A stretch of DNA of 32,000 nt, taken from positions 623,581 through 655,580 of the forward strand of contig NC_000909.1 of assembly GCF_000091665.1 (NCBI RefSeq), written 5' to 3'. The DNA is from Methanocaldococcus jannaschii DSM 2661 (GTDB lineage: Archaea; AGJL01; Methanococci; Methanococcales; Methanocaldococcaceae). Made by a program: the position numbers and the translations under genes. Below the pieces are notes generated by a model that was not told where the DNA came from, did not search any database, and saw only the letters and a program-made list of their open reading frames with translations. Of this stretch, positions 9,859-22,498 are shown in pieces; position 1 is the first letter of the stretch, and every line of letters starts with the position of its first letter.

Positions 9859-10503
9859 ATGAGAGATGCTTATTTAATGATGGTGCTAATGGACGCATTG
9901 AAAGAGATATTTGATTTAAAAGAAATTCTAAAAAGCCCTATAAGAAATAAGAAAGTTATTTTATTTGTTAGTTTGGTTTTTATCTTATCTTTAGTATTAT
10001 TATATATTTTGGTAGTTAATATAAAGTATTTCTCATATTTAGGAGATATCATCTTCCAAAATTTTCAAAAACATGTTGAAAATCTAAAAATTACGTTAAA
10101 TGAGGATAACTTACATATAATATTAGCAATTTGGAAAAATAACCTAACCGTATGTATTTTAAACTATATCCTTGGGATTTTTTCACTATTTGTTATTGCA
10201 GTTAATTCCTATATCTTATCATACGTGCTTTACAAATTTGGTGCTGAAAGCTTTATCTATTTAGTTTTACCACATGGAATCATTGAAATTCCAGCTTTAA
10301 TACTTTCAGCATCAGGTGGGGTTTTATTTAACATGGGATTAGTTAATTTCTTAATAAATATCAAATTTGGAACTAAAAGAGAGGTTTTATATTACATAAA
10401 AGAGTCTTTAAAGTTGCTCATACTCTCTATAATACTATTCATAGTTGCTGGAATTGTTGAAGGGACTATAACCTTTAAAATAGCCAAAATCATGTTTTCT
10501 TAA
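9859..10503 (+). CDS. SpoIIM / DUF95-like integral membrane protein
   Basis: 214 aa, multiple TM segments, signature FIYLVLPHGIIEIPALILSASGG. Confidence 0.8.
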   Translation: MRDAYLMMVLMDALKEIFDLKEILKSPIRNKKVILFVSLVFILSLVLLYILVVNIKYFSYLGDIIFQNFQKHVENLKITLNEDNLHIILAIWKNNLTVCILNYILGIFSLFVIAVNSYILSYVLYKFGAESFIYLVLPHGIIEIPALILSASGGVLFNMGLVNFLINIKFGTKREVLYYIKESLKLLILSIILFIVAGIVEGTITFKIAKIMFS

Positions 10504-10547
10504 TTGAGTTTTAAGATATAAAAAAGAATAAACAAAAAGTAGCTCGC

Positions 10548-10691
10548 TTATCCTCTTGGTTCTTTTGCTTTTGGTCTTAAACCTTTGTATCCACACTTTC
10601 TACACTTTGTAGCTCTCCAAGGGTTTCTTGCATTACATCTCATACAAATCTTTTTCATAAATAACCTTTTCATTGCTTCTTCAAATGGCAT
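10548..10691 (-). CDS. rpl40e: Large subunit ribosomal protein L40e
   Basis: Not in the ORF track (too short). Manual translation: [47 protein letters not shown], 47 aa with a CxxC...CxxC zinc motif. Confidence 0.93.
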   Translation of the reverse strand: MPFEEAMKRLFMKKICMRCNARNPWRATKCRKCGYKGLRPKAKEPRG

Positions 10692-10840
10692 TCTCTCACC
10701 TACAGATTTTTAATAAACATATTAAAACTTTTTAAAACTTTTTATATGTTTTTATGTTTTTTGACAGATTTAAATTTTAGTTATATATTTTACTTTTGGA
10801 ACTTTAGATGCCCTTTAGGCAGCAATAATCAATAGAATAT

Positions 10841-11359
10841 TTATTTCCTGAGAAAGTCCTGCTGAATTTCCACAACTTCCATTGAATTTTTAGCATTTGA
10901 GTATCTTTCTAATAATTCATAATTAACCTTTATAAATGTTTCTGCCCATTTAAAACAGGAGGTTAAATCCCAAGCTTCATCCTTAAAGTTAGTTATATAT
11001 AAAGCGGCAATAAAAGCTTCCAATGTTGAAAGCATGCATGGCTTTCCATAATTTATAGGGTTGCATGCAACTAAAAACGGTAGAGACCTTTGATTTTTAA
11101 ATTTAAATTTCTTAAACATTAACTCCGCTTCTTTCCATGAACAATCTAAAGCAGTTATTCCAAACTTTTCCACTATCTCTTTATCTTCTGGAGATAGAGC
11201 TTTTTCAGCGTAAGGATTCAGTATTAAAGAGTTTTTTGGAACTTTATAAGGATTTTTTAACAAAATGGCTTTATTCATCTTAGCCATTTTTAAGGATGTG
11301 CATTTTTTTGGATTGCACTGATTTGCATGATATATGAAAAGCTTCGGCATTGTTATCAC
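10841..11359 (-). CDS. 16S/18S rRNA aminocarboxypropyltransferase Tsr3 (DUF367)
   Basis: 172 aa; HANQCNPKKCTSLKM, LNPYAEKALSPEDKE, LDCSWKEAE, FLVACNPINYGKPCMLSTLEAFIAALYI are characteristic of Tsr3. Confidence 0.9.
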   Translation of the reverse strand: MITMPKLFIYHANQCNPKKCTSLKMAKMNKAILLKNPYKVPKNSLILNPYAEKALSPEDKEIVEKFGITALDCSWKEAELMFKKFKFKNQRSLPFLVACNPINYGKPCMLSTLEAFIAALYITNFKDEAWDLTSCFKWAETFIKVNYELLERYSNAKNSMEVVEIQQDFLRK

Positions 11360-11434
11360 AATTTTGTGAAATGGTAAAGAAAATTAAGTTGTATAAGTAG
11401 TATTTATTTTTTACTGTTATTGTGGTGATAGACG

Positions 11435-12787
11435 ATGAAAAATGTTGAAATATTGTTGGATGACCCAAAAAAAGCAGTAATTGAAGTATCAAAGCCAATA
11501 ATTGTTGCTACATTCATTGAATCAATCTATAGCTTAGTTGATAGTATCTGGGTTTCTGGATTGGGGGCAGATGCATTAGCTGCTGTGGGAGCGAGTTTTC
11601 CAATATTAATTAGCATATATGCAGTTAGTTGGGGTTTGAGTATTGGGATTAGCTCTGGAATAGCAAGAAGAGTTGGAGCAAAAAATAAAGAAGAAGCTGA
11701 TAAAGTAGCAAATCATGCAATTATTTTAGCTTTAATTGCTGGAATTTTGTATATTATAGCTGTATATCCAAATCTTGATACGCTATTTAGCTTAATGGGA
11801 ACCTATGGAGATTGTAAGTCATTAGCTATAAAATACTCCAGCATACTGGTTTTAGGAACTGTTATATTTACAATCTGCGATGCGTTATATGGGATATTTA
11901 GGGGGGAGGGAAATACAAAGATAGTTATGATAGCAAGCGTTATAGGCACTTTAACAAACATCATCTTAGACCCGATATTCATCTATATGCTAAATTTAGG
12001 GATAAGTGGGGCAAGTTATGCTACTTTGATAGCTATAATTATATCTCTCTTAATTTTAGCTTATGAGCTGTTTATAAAAAAATCATGTTATGTTACAGTT
12101 AAATTATCAAAATTTAAACCTGATTTAAAGATTATAGCCGATTTAATTAGAGTTGGAATTCCTTCAGCATTGATAGAGATTACTGTTGCAGTATCATTTT
12201 TTATAATGACTTCAATAATTATGATGGTTGGAGATAGTAGAGGTTTAGCTGTCTATACTGGAGCTTTAAGAATAACAGAGTTTGGCTTTATTCCAATGTT
12301 AGGTTTGGCAAGTGGAGCTACTTCAGTTATAGGAGCCACTTACGGAGCAAGGAGTTTTGAAAAATTAAAAACAGCTTATTTTTACACAATAAAAATTGGG
12401 GTTTTAATGGAAATTATTATAGTTGCTTTAATAATGCTCTTATCCCCAATCTTAGCTTATCTATTTACTTACACAAAAACCTCAATGGGAATTCATGAAG
12501 AACTTGTTAAAGCTTTAAGAATAGTTCCATTATATTTACTATTTACACCATTTATTTTAACAACATCCGCAATGTTCCAAGGAATTGGTAAAGGAGAAAA
12601 ATCATTAATAATTTCCATATTTAGGTCGCTAATATGTCATATATCCTATGCTTATCTATTTGCAGTAATATTGGGATTAGGAATGTTTGGAATATATAGC
12701 GGCTTAGTGGTTGGAGAATTTACAGCTGGAATTTTTGCATTTCTATTTGGAGTTTTAGCTATAAAAGCATTAATAAAATCTAAATAA
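11435..12787 (+). CDS. MATE-family multidrug/cation efflux transporter
   Basis: 450 aa with about 12 hydrophobic segments; [32 protein letters not shown] and IGATYGAR are typical of MATE proteins. Confidence 0.9.
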
Positions 12788-12813
12788 AATTAAAAATATT
12801 TTGAGGGGTAATT

Positions 12814-13869
12814 ATGATTGGATATGTTTTAAATGGAGAGCATGAAGAAATCCCTTATGGAGAACTTATGGCATTATTAGAAATTTTTAATTACAATGGA
12901 AGTGTTGAGAGATTAAAAAGATACGTTATAACTGAAGATAGTCCTGCCAAAGATATCGTTAAAAGAAGTGGGTATATAGATGAGGGGCATAGGATAATAT
13001 TTAGATACAATTTAGAAGAAAAAAGTGTAGATTTAGTAGATAAAATTGTCAATGATTTTATAAACTCATTTAAAGATTTTGTAGCAAATATTGATTATCC
13101 AGATATTGATGAGAGTAAATCTTATGCCGTTAGAGTTTTAAAACTTCATAAAGATGAATTTACAAAATCTATAGACTCATTAAGAATTGAGAAGGAAATT
13201 GGAGGGATTATAAAATTAAAAACCAATGCAAAAGTAAATTTAACAAAACCAGATATATTAGTTAGAGTTGTTATTTTAGAAAACACATTTTTTATTTCCA
13301 ATGTATTAGAGATGAGAGATAGGGAATACTTCCAAAAGAATAGGCCACATTTAAGAAAATACTTCCATCCGGGTTGTATGCTTCCAAAACTTGCAAGAGC
13401 TATGGTAAATCTAGCAAGAGTTAAAGAAGGAGATATTGTCTTAGACCCATTCTGTGGGACTGGAGGGTTTTTAATTGAGGCTGGTTTAATCGGAGCTAAG
13501 CTTATTGGTTGTGATATAGATTGGAGAATGGCTTCTGGAACTTTAATCAACCTTGAAGAATACAACCTATTAGATAAAGTGATAAAAGTTAAAAGATTAG
13601 ATGCCAAATACGTAAAAGAGTTTTTAAATGAACTAAATATAGAAAAAGTCGATGCCATTGTAACAGACCCGCCTTATGGAATATCTACAGCAAAAAAGGG
13701 AGAGATTGAAAAGATATTAGAAACTCTTCCAGAGGTCATTAAAGATAACGGCTACTTTGTTTTTGCATACCCAAAAAAGATAGAGCTTGATATGGAATTA
13801 GAGGGACTCTACAAGGTATATATCCATAAAGGGCTGATTAGACACATCCATGTTTATAAGAAAATCTAA
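12814..13869 (+). CDS. tRNA (guanine10-N2)-dimethyltransferase, Trm-G10
   Basis: 351 aa with a THUMP-like N-terminus, VLDPFCGTGGFLIEAGLIGAKLIGCDID SAM site and the NPPY-like TDPPYG motif. Confidence 0.87.
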   Translation: MIGYVLNGEHEEIPYGELMALLEIFNYNGSVERLKRYVITEDSPAKDIVKRSGYIDEGHRIIFRYNLEEKSVDLVDKIVNDFINSFKDFVANIDYPDIDESKSYAVRVLKLHKDEFTKSIDSLRIEKEIGGIIKLKTNAKVNLTKPDILVRVVILENTFFISNVLEMRDREYFQKNRPHLRKYFHPGCMLPKLARAMVNLARVKEGDIVLDPFCGTGGFLIEAGLIGAKLIGCDIDWRMASGTLINLEEYNLLDKVIKVKRLDAKYVKEFLNELNIEKVDAIVTDPPYGISTAKKGEIEKILETLPEVIKDNGYFVFAYPKKIELDMELEGLYKVYIHKGLIRHIHVYKKI

Positions 13870-13949
13870 TATTATTACATTTACTAAAAATATTTATGAA
13901 AATTTATGAAAAATTAATTAAATTGTAAGTCAAATATTTAAATACCTAA

Positions 13950-13966
13950 CCGAAAAGTTTATATAC
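13950..13966 (+). promoter_or_regulatory. BRE/TATA-like promoter upstream of the tRNA cluster
   Basis: ccgaaaagtttatatac, about 40-50 nt upstream of the mature 5' end of tRNA-Phe. Confidence 0.6.
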
Positions 13967-14002
13967 CTGAAATGTAATGCATAATTATGCAAACATTTGG
14001 GT

Positions 14003-14079
14003 GCCGCGGTAGTTCAGCCTGGGAGAACGCTGGACTGAAGATCCAGTTGTCGGGTGTTCAAATCACCCCCGCGGCACCA
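14003..14079 (+). tRNA. tRNA-Phe (GAA), CCA encoded
   Basis: Acceptor gccgcgg/ccgcggc, anticodon arm ctgga-ctGAAga-tccag, T-loop ttcaaat, ends acca. Confidence 0.95.
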
Positions 14080-14086
14080 TTGATGT

Positions 14087-14162
14087 GCCCCCATAGCTCA
14101 GATGGTAGAGCGACGGACTGTTAATCCGTAGGTCGCAGGTTCGAGTCCTGCTGGGGGCGCCA
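14087..14162 (+). tRNA. tRNA-Asn (GTT), CCA encoded
   Basis: Acceptor gccccca/tgggggc, anticodon arm acgga-ctGTTaa-tccgt, T-loop ttcgagt, CCA present. Confidence 0.95.
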
Positions 14163-14191
14163 TTAATTTTTTATTTTTTTATACCCAATAT

Positions 14192-14269
14192 GGGCCCGTA
14201 GCTCAGCCTGGTCAGAGCGCTCGGCTCATAACCGAGTGGTCAAGGGTTCAAATCCCTTCGGGCCCACCA
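14192..14269 (+). tRNA. tRNA with anticodon CAT: elongator Met or Ile2
   Basis: Acceptor gggcccg/cgggccc, anticodon arm ctcgg-ctCATaa-ccgag, CCA present. Met and lysidine/agmatidine-type Ile2 cannot be separated by anticodon alone. Confidence 0.9.
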
Positions 14270-14287
14270 TATTAAAATCACTAATTA

Positions 14288-14362
14288 GCTCCGGTGGTGT
14301 AGTCCGGCCAATCATGCGGGCCTTTCGAGCCCGCGACCCGGGTTCAAATCCCGGCCGGAGCA
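14288..14362 (+). tRNA. tRNA-Glu (TTC), CCA not encoded
   Basis: Acceptor gctccgg/ccggagc, anticodon arm cgggc-ctTTCga-gcccg; followed by tca rather than cca. Confidence 0.95.
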
Positions 14363-14401
14363 TCATTCGTCCTATTTTAAGATAATTAAGAATATATATG
14401 T

Positions 14402-14489
14402 GCAGGGGTCGCCAAGCCTGGCCAAAGGCGCTGGGCCTAGGACCCAGTCCCGTAGGGGTTCCAGGGTTCAAATCCCTGCCCCTGCACCA
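14402..14489 (+). tRNA. tRNA-Leu (TAG), CCA encoded
   Basis: Acceptor gcagggg/cccctgc, anticodon arm ctggg-ccTAGga-cccag, long variable arm, CCA present. Confidence 0.95.
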
Positions 14490-14499
14490 TAGGTAAAGT

Positions 14500-14572
14500 G
14501 GCCGGGGTGGGGTAGTGGCCATCCTGGGGGACTGTGGATCCCCTGACCCGGGTTCAATTCCCGGTCCCGGCC
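14500..14572 (+). tRNA. tRNA-His (GTG), with genomically encoded G-1
   Basis: gccgggg/tcccggc acceptor, anticodon loop ctGTGga, G at 14500 opposite discriminator C at 14572. Confidence 0.92.
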
Positions 14573-14589
14573 CTTTTTTATTTTTTTTC
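14573..14589 (+). terminator. Oligo-T tract after the tRNA cluster
   Basis: ctttttttattttttttt directly downstream of tRNA-His. Confidence 0.45.
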
Positions 14590-14828
14590 AACCTTAATTG
14601 TTCTATTCCTAAAAACGTTGCATGTAACAACCTCCTGTTATTGGATGCACTTGAAATAGGGCTTACGCGGGTAAGTTTCCTATTGGAATAAATGATGCCC
14701 TTTAGGGCTTCAAAATTCCAAATTCAATAAAATAATGCGTAAGCCCTATTTAAGGATGCGTCCCCAATCCGAAGGGTTGGGGCTGAGGCAAGCCCACGAC
14801 TGGTGGTGAAACCCCGCAGCAACCAGCC

Positions 14829-14855
14829 GCAAGAAAGGTTTATCCTTTCTTGCGA
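14829..14855 (+). other. Hairpin in the 16S leader
   Basis: cgcaagaaagg-tttat-cctttcttgcg, perfect 11-bp stem just upstream of mature 16S. Confidence 0.85.
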
Positions 14856-14871
14856 CCGTACCTCCCACTTA

Positions 14872-16350
<1,479 letters not shown>

Positions 16351-16414
16351 GAGAAAAAAGCGCTGGTTGCTGCGGGGCACCAAACCAGTCGTGGGCTTGC
16401 CTCATAGGGAAAGT

Positions 16415-16487
16415 GGGCCCGTAGCTCAGCTGGGAGAGCGCCGGCCTTGCAAGCCGGAGGCCGTGGGTTCAAATCCCACCGGGTCCA
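16415..16487 (+). tRNA. tRNA-Ala (TGC) in the 16S-23S spacer, CCA not encoded
   Basis: Acceptor gggcccg/cgggtcc, anticodon arm ccggc-ctTGCaa-gccgg, followed by cta. Confidence 0.95.
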
Positions 16488-16638
16488 CTATATATGCAGC
16501 CTGCAACTCCAAAGAGTTGCAGGTGAAGGGCCTGATACGGGACTTTCGCAGGAAATAATTTTTATTTGGTAATTGATGCTTTCAGCATCTCACTACCTTA
16601 TAAATATTACAAACTGCGAAAGTCCCGTAAAAACATGA

Positions 16639-19726
<3,088 letters not shown>

Positions 19727-19749
19727 AAAAAAAGGCACCATTTATTTCT

Positions 19750-19868
19750 TGGTACGGCGGTCATAGCGGGGGGGCCACACCCGAACCCATCCCGAACTCG
19801 GAAGTTAAGCCCCCCAGCGATGCCCCGAGTACTGCCATCTGGCGGGAAAGGGGCGACACCGCCGGCCA
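19750..19868 (+). rRNA. 5S ribosomal RNA
   Basis: tggtacggcggtcatagcggggggg...cccgaactcggaagttaag...ggcgacaccgccggcca; terminal helices complementary; T tract follows. Confidence 0.95.
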
Positions 19869-19893
19869 CTTTTTATTATTTTAGAAAATAACA

Positions 19894-19901
19894 TTTATAT
19901 A
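19894..19901 (+). promoter_or_regulatory. TATA-like element for the RNase P RNA gene
   Basis: tttatata about 20-25 nt upstream of the start of the gcgggta terminal helix. Confidence 0.55.
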
Positions 19902-19919
19902 TTCAAATCTTAAAGTTAA

Positions 19920-20186
19920 GCGGGTAAGGGGGCTGGTGACTTTCCCCTCTTTAAGAGGGGAGGAAGTTCCGCCCACCCCATTTATGGGCAGCGTCCCCTG
20001 AGAAGGGGCGGGAGATGCAGCAGAAACGACACGGCTCCGGAAGAGATGACGATGATAGTGAAAGTTGAGGACTTCCGGAGAACCGGTGAAACGGGCATCT
20101 CCCCTGCCCGGGGTGCAAGCCGGTTTCGGCGCTTAGCCGAATGTCACCGAAATTACAGAAGGCGGGCTATAGCCCCCATACCCGCA
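19920..20186 (+). ncRNA. rnpB: RNase P RNA, archaeal type M
   Basis: Matches the known M. jannaschii RNase P RNA pattern as I recall it: gggggctggtgactttcccctc...gaggaagttccgcccacc...agcagaaacgacacggctccgg...gggtgcaagccgg...ttacagaaggcgggctatagccccc. Core approx. 19928-20177, flanked by gcgggta/tacccgc. Confidence 0.9.
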
Positions 20187-20413
20187 CTATTTTTTATAGA
20201 ATTTTCGCAGTTTTATATTAACTTCGTGGAATTTAGATGCTCAAAGGGCATCAATTTTCTCTAAAATTTTATTCCTGCAAAAGTTCTATATTTTTTTAAT
20301 TATTAATCAATGAACTTAAATTAATAAATATAAATTATTTTATCTAAATTAAAGGTTTTTATATATCAAAAAGTAAAATTAAATTTAAAAAAGAGATTAA
20401 AAATTGGGAGAAA

Positions 20414-21382
20414 ATGGATAGTGTTCTAAGTGGTAAGATTGTTCAAATACTTGTGGGGTATTTAAAAGAAAATATCTATTCTGAACAAATGATAAAACTT
20501 AGGATGAAGAGAATTTGTAGCTATGAGGAGTTTTTACCAACATACTCTTTAATAGAAAGGATTACTGAAGAAAGTAAAGAGATAGCAATAAAAGTATATG
20601 AAAAGAACATTATCGTAGAGATTGTTAAAGATTTTAAAAATAAGGATTTAATAGAACTATTTGAACTTAAAGAAGAGCTATTTGATGAAGCTTTAAGCTA
20701 TTTAAAAAAATATAATGCAGATAAATTCTTAGAGAGCTACACTTTATACTGCTTTAGTGAGTATTCAGACCCTGACTCATTTATCAAGGAAAATAAGAGT
20801 ATATTAACAAAACTTCTTAGAAATCAGTATGAAGAAGTTCCAGAGGAATATATAAATGAATTATTAAAAAGCAAAATAAAGTATTCAACAAAAGATTTAA
20901 TAATTTTGGATTGGGATAATGGAATAATCTTAGATAAAAATGAAGATTTCTGGGAAGAAGTTGATATTATCGAACTTGCCTGTATTAGAGTTTTGAATTT
21001 AAGAGTATTTGACAGTATGCTAAGTGAAGCAATACAATATTTCACAAGATTACAGTGGGAAAAACTTGGATATTTTAAGCTAAAAAAACTATCTAAGGAT
21101 TTATATCTACAAAGAATCAGCTATATATCATATTTTGATAGCATTGAAAATGTCCTTATGTTGTATGGAGACAGATATTATGCTGAGTTGTATGAAAGAT
21201 TATGTAAAATATTCTACGTCTCAGAATGGATTAAAAGAGTAGAGAAAAAAATGGAAATGATTAGTGATATATACACAATGACAAGGCAACATTTAACTGA
21301 GTTTTATGGATTATTGTTGGAAGGAACAATTGTTGCTTTAATACTATTGGAGATAATTTTAGCTTTAGCAAAGATTGTTTAA
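20414..21382 (+). CDS. RMD1/YagE-like (DUF155-like) protein
   Basis: 322 aa; extended helical region ending in [37 protein letters not shown], the pattern of the conserved RMD1-family C-terminal membrane segment. Confidence 0.55.
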
Positions 21383-22386
21383 ATAACTCCTGTTTCTTCA
21401 GCCAGTTTCCTTGCCTCTTCTCTACTTAACCCATCTCTTAATATAGTCCATCTATTTCTTATTTTATGAGCCATAGTTAATGCCTCAATAATGATATCTT
21501 CATCAAATCCAAGTTCTTTGGCAGTTGTTGGAGCATCAACCTTTTTTAAACTCATTTTAATCTTTTCATGTAATCCAGATAACTTTTTATTCTCTTTCTC
21601 ATGTAGATAGCTCATCATTATTGTTCCTATTCCACACTGTTCTCCATGTAAGGAATTTATATTTAAGTTATACTCCTCTTTTAACTTATCCAAAGCATGA
21701 GAGAAGAGATGCTCACTTCCGGAGGCGGGTCTTGAAGAATTTGCTATAGCTATCGCTATACCACTCCCAACTAATGCTTTTACAAGTTTATTATGATACT
21801 CTGACAAATCTGAATTTAAAACATAACTTATTAATTCTTTAGCTATTGTTTTTGAAAATATAGCAGAGCTCTCACTGTATTTTTCCCCTTTCTCTTTATA
21901 AGCCAATTTCCAATCTAAAACAGCTGTTATATTTGAAACAATATCCCCCATTCCTGCACTTAACAATCTCCTTGGAGATTTTTTTATTATCTCTGTATCA
22001 GCAATTATGGCTATTGGGGCATCAACCATAAATGAGGGTTGTCTTATAGAAACAATTGGTGAGGCAATGCCATCATTTGACGCAGTTGTGGGCACACTAA
22101 TAAATGGAATACCTAATTTATAAGCTAAATATTTACCAGTATCTATTGATCTTCCTCCTCCAATACCAATTACACAATCATAGGCAGTATATTTTTTAAG
22201 TTCAATTTCAAGATTGTTTAAAATTTCATCATAATATACAATATCATAGAAAAATCTACAGTATTTTTTTGTATTTTTTCCGGTAATCACTAATGGATTT
22301 TTTAAGTTGAGTTTTTTCAAAATTTCCTCTATTTTATTAATTGCTCCATCTTCTATAATTGTATATCTTGGTGTGACTATAATCAT
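21379..22386 (-). CDS. egsA: sn-glycerol-1-phosphate dehydrogenase
   Basis: 335 aa; [63 protein letters not shown]. Confidence 0.94.
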
Positions 22387-22391
22387 CCTAC

Positions 22392-22466
22392 CCCTCTTTT
22401 AAAATATAAGCTATTCCTTGTCCAAAACTAATCCCGCCCCATAGGGCTCTGCCTATTGGGATACCC
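22392..22466 (-). pseudogene. Relic duplication of the hypF 3' end
   Basis: Minus-strand translation [25 protein letters not shown] resembles the true HypF C-terminus RVPNGDGGISFGQGVAYILKNGY*; nucleotide similarity visible as ccaaaactaat and surrounding bases. Confidence 0.75.
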
Positions 22467-22479
22467 GTTATCCATTAAG

Positions 22480-22498
22480 TTGGGGCTTTCAGCCCCAA
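22480..22498 (-). terminator. Hairpin abutting the hypF stop codon
   Basis: ttggggct-ttc-agccccaa, perfect 8-bp stem immediately 3' of hypF; terminator role is inferred. Confidence 0.4.

Noticed and set aside
14226-14630. 134-aa minus-strand ORF (MLHATFLGIEQL...PGPGIEPGSGD...)
   Set aside because: It is antisense to the Met/Ile2, Glu, Leu and His tRNA genes. The repeated PGxEPG pattern is the classic artefact of translating the complement of tRNA T-arms.
14654-14751. Interpretation of the leader structure as a canonical box C/D or H/ACA guide RNA
   Set aside because: There is a C-box-like ATGATG, but no D box (CTGA) at a suitable position and no ACA directly after the basal stem. I keep the structure as a finding but not this classification.
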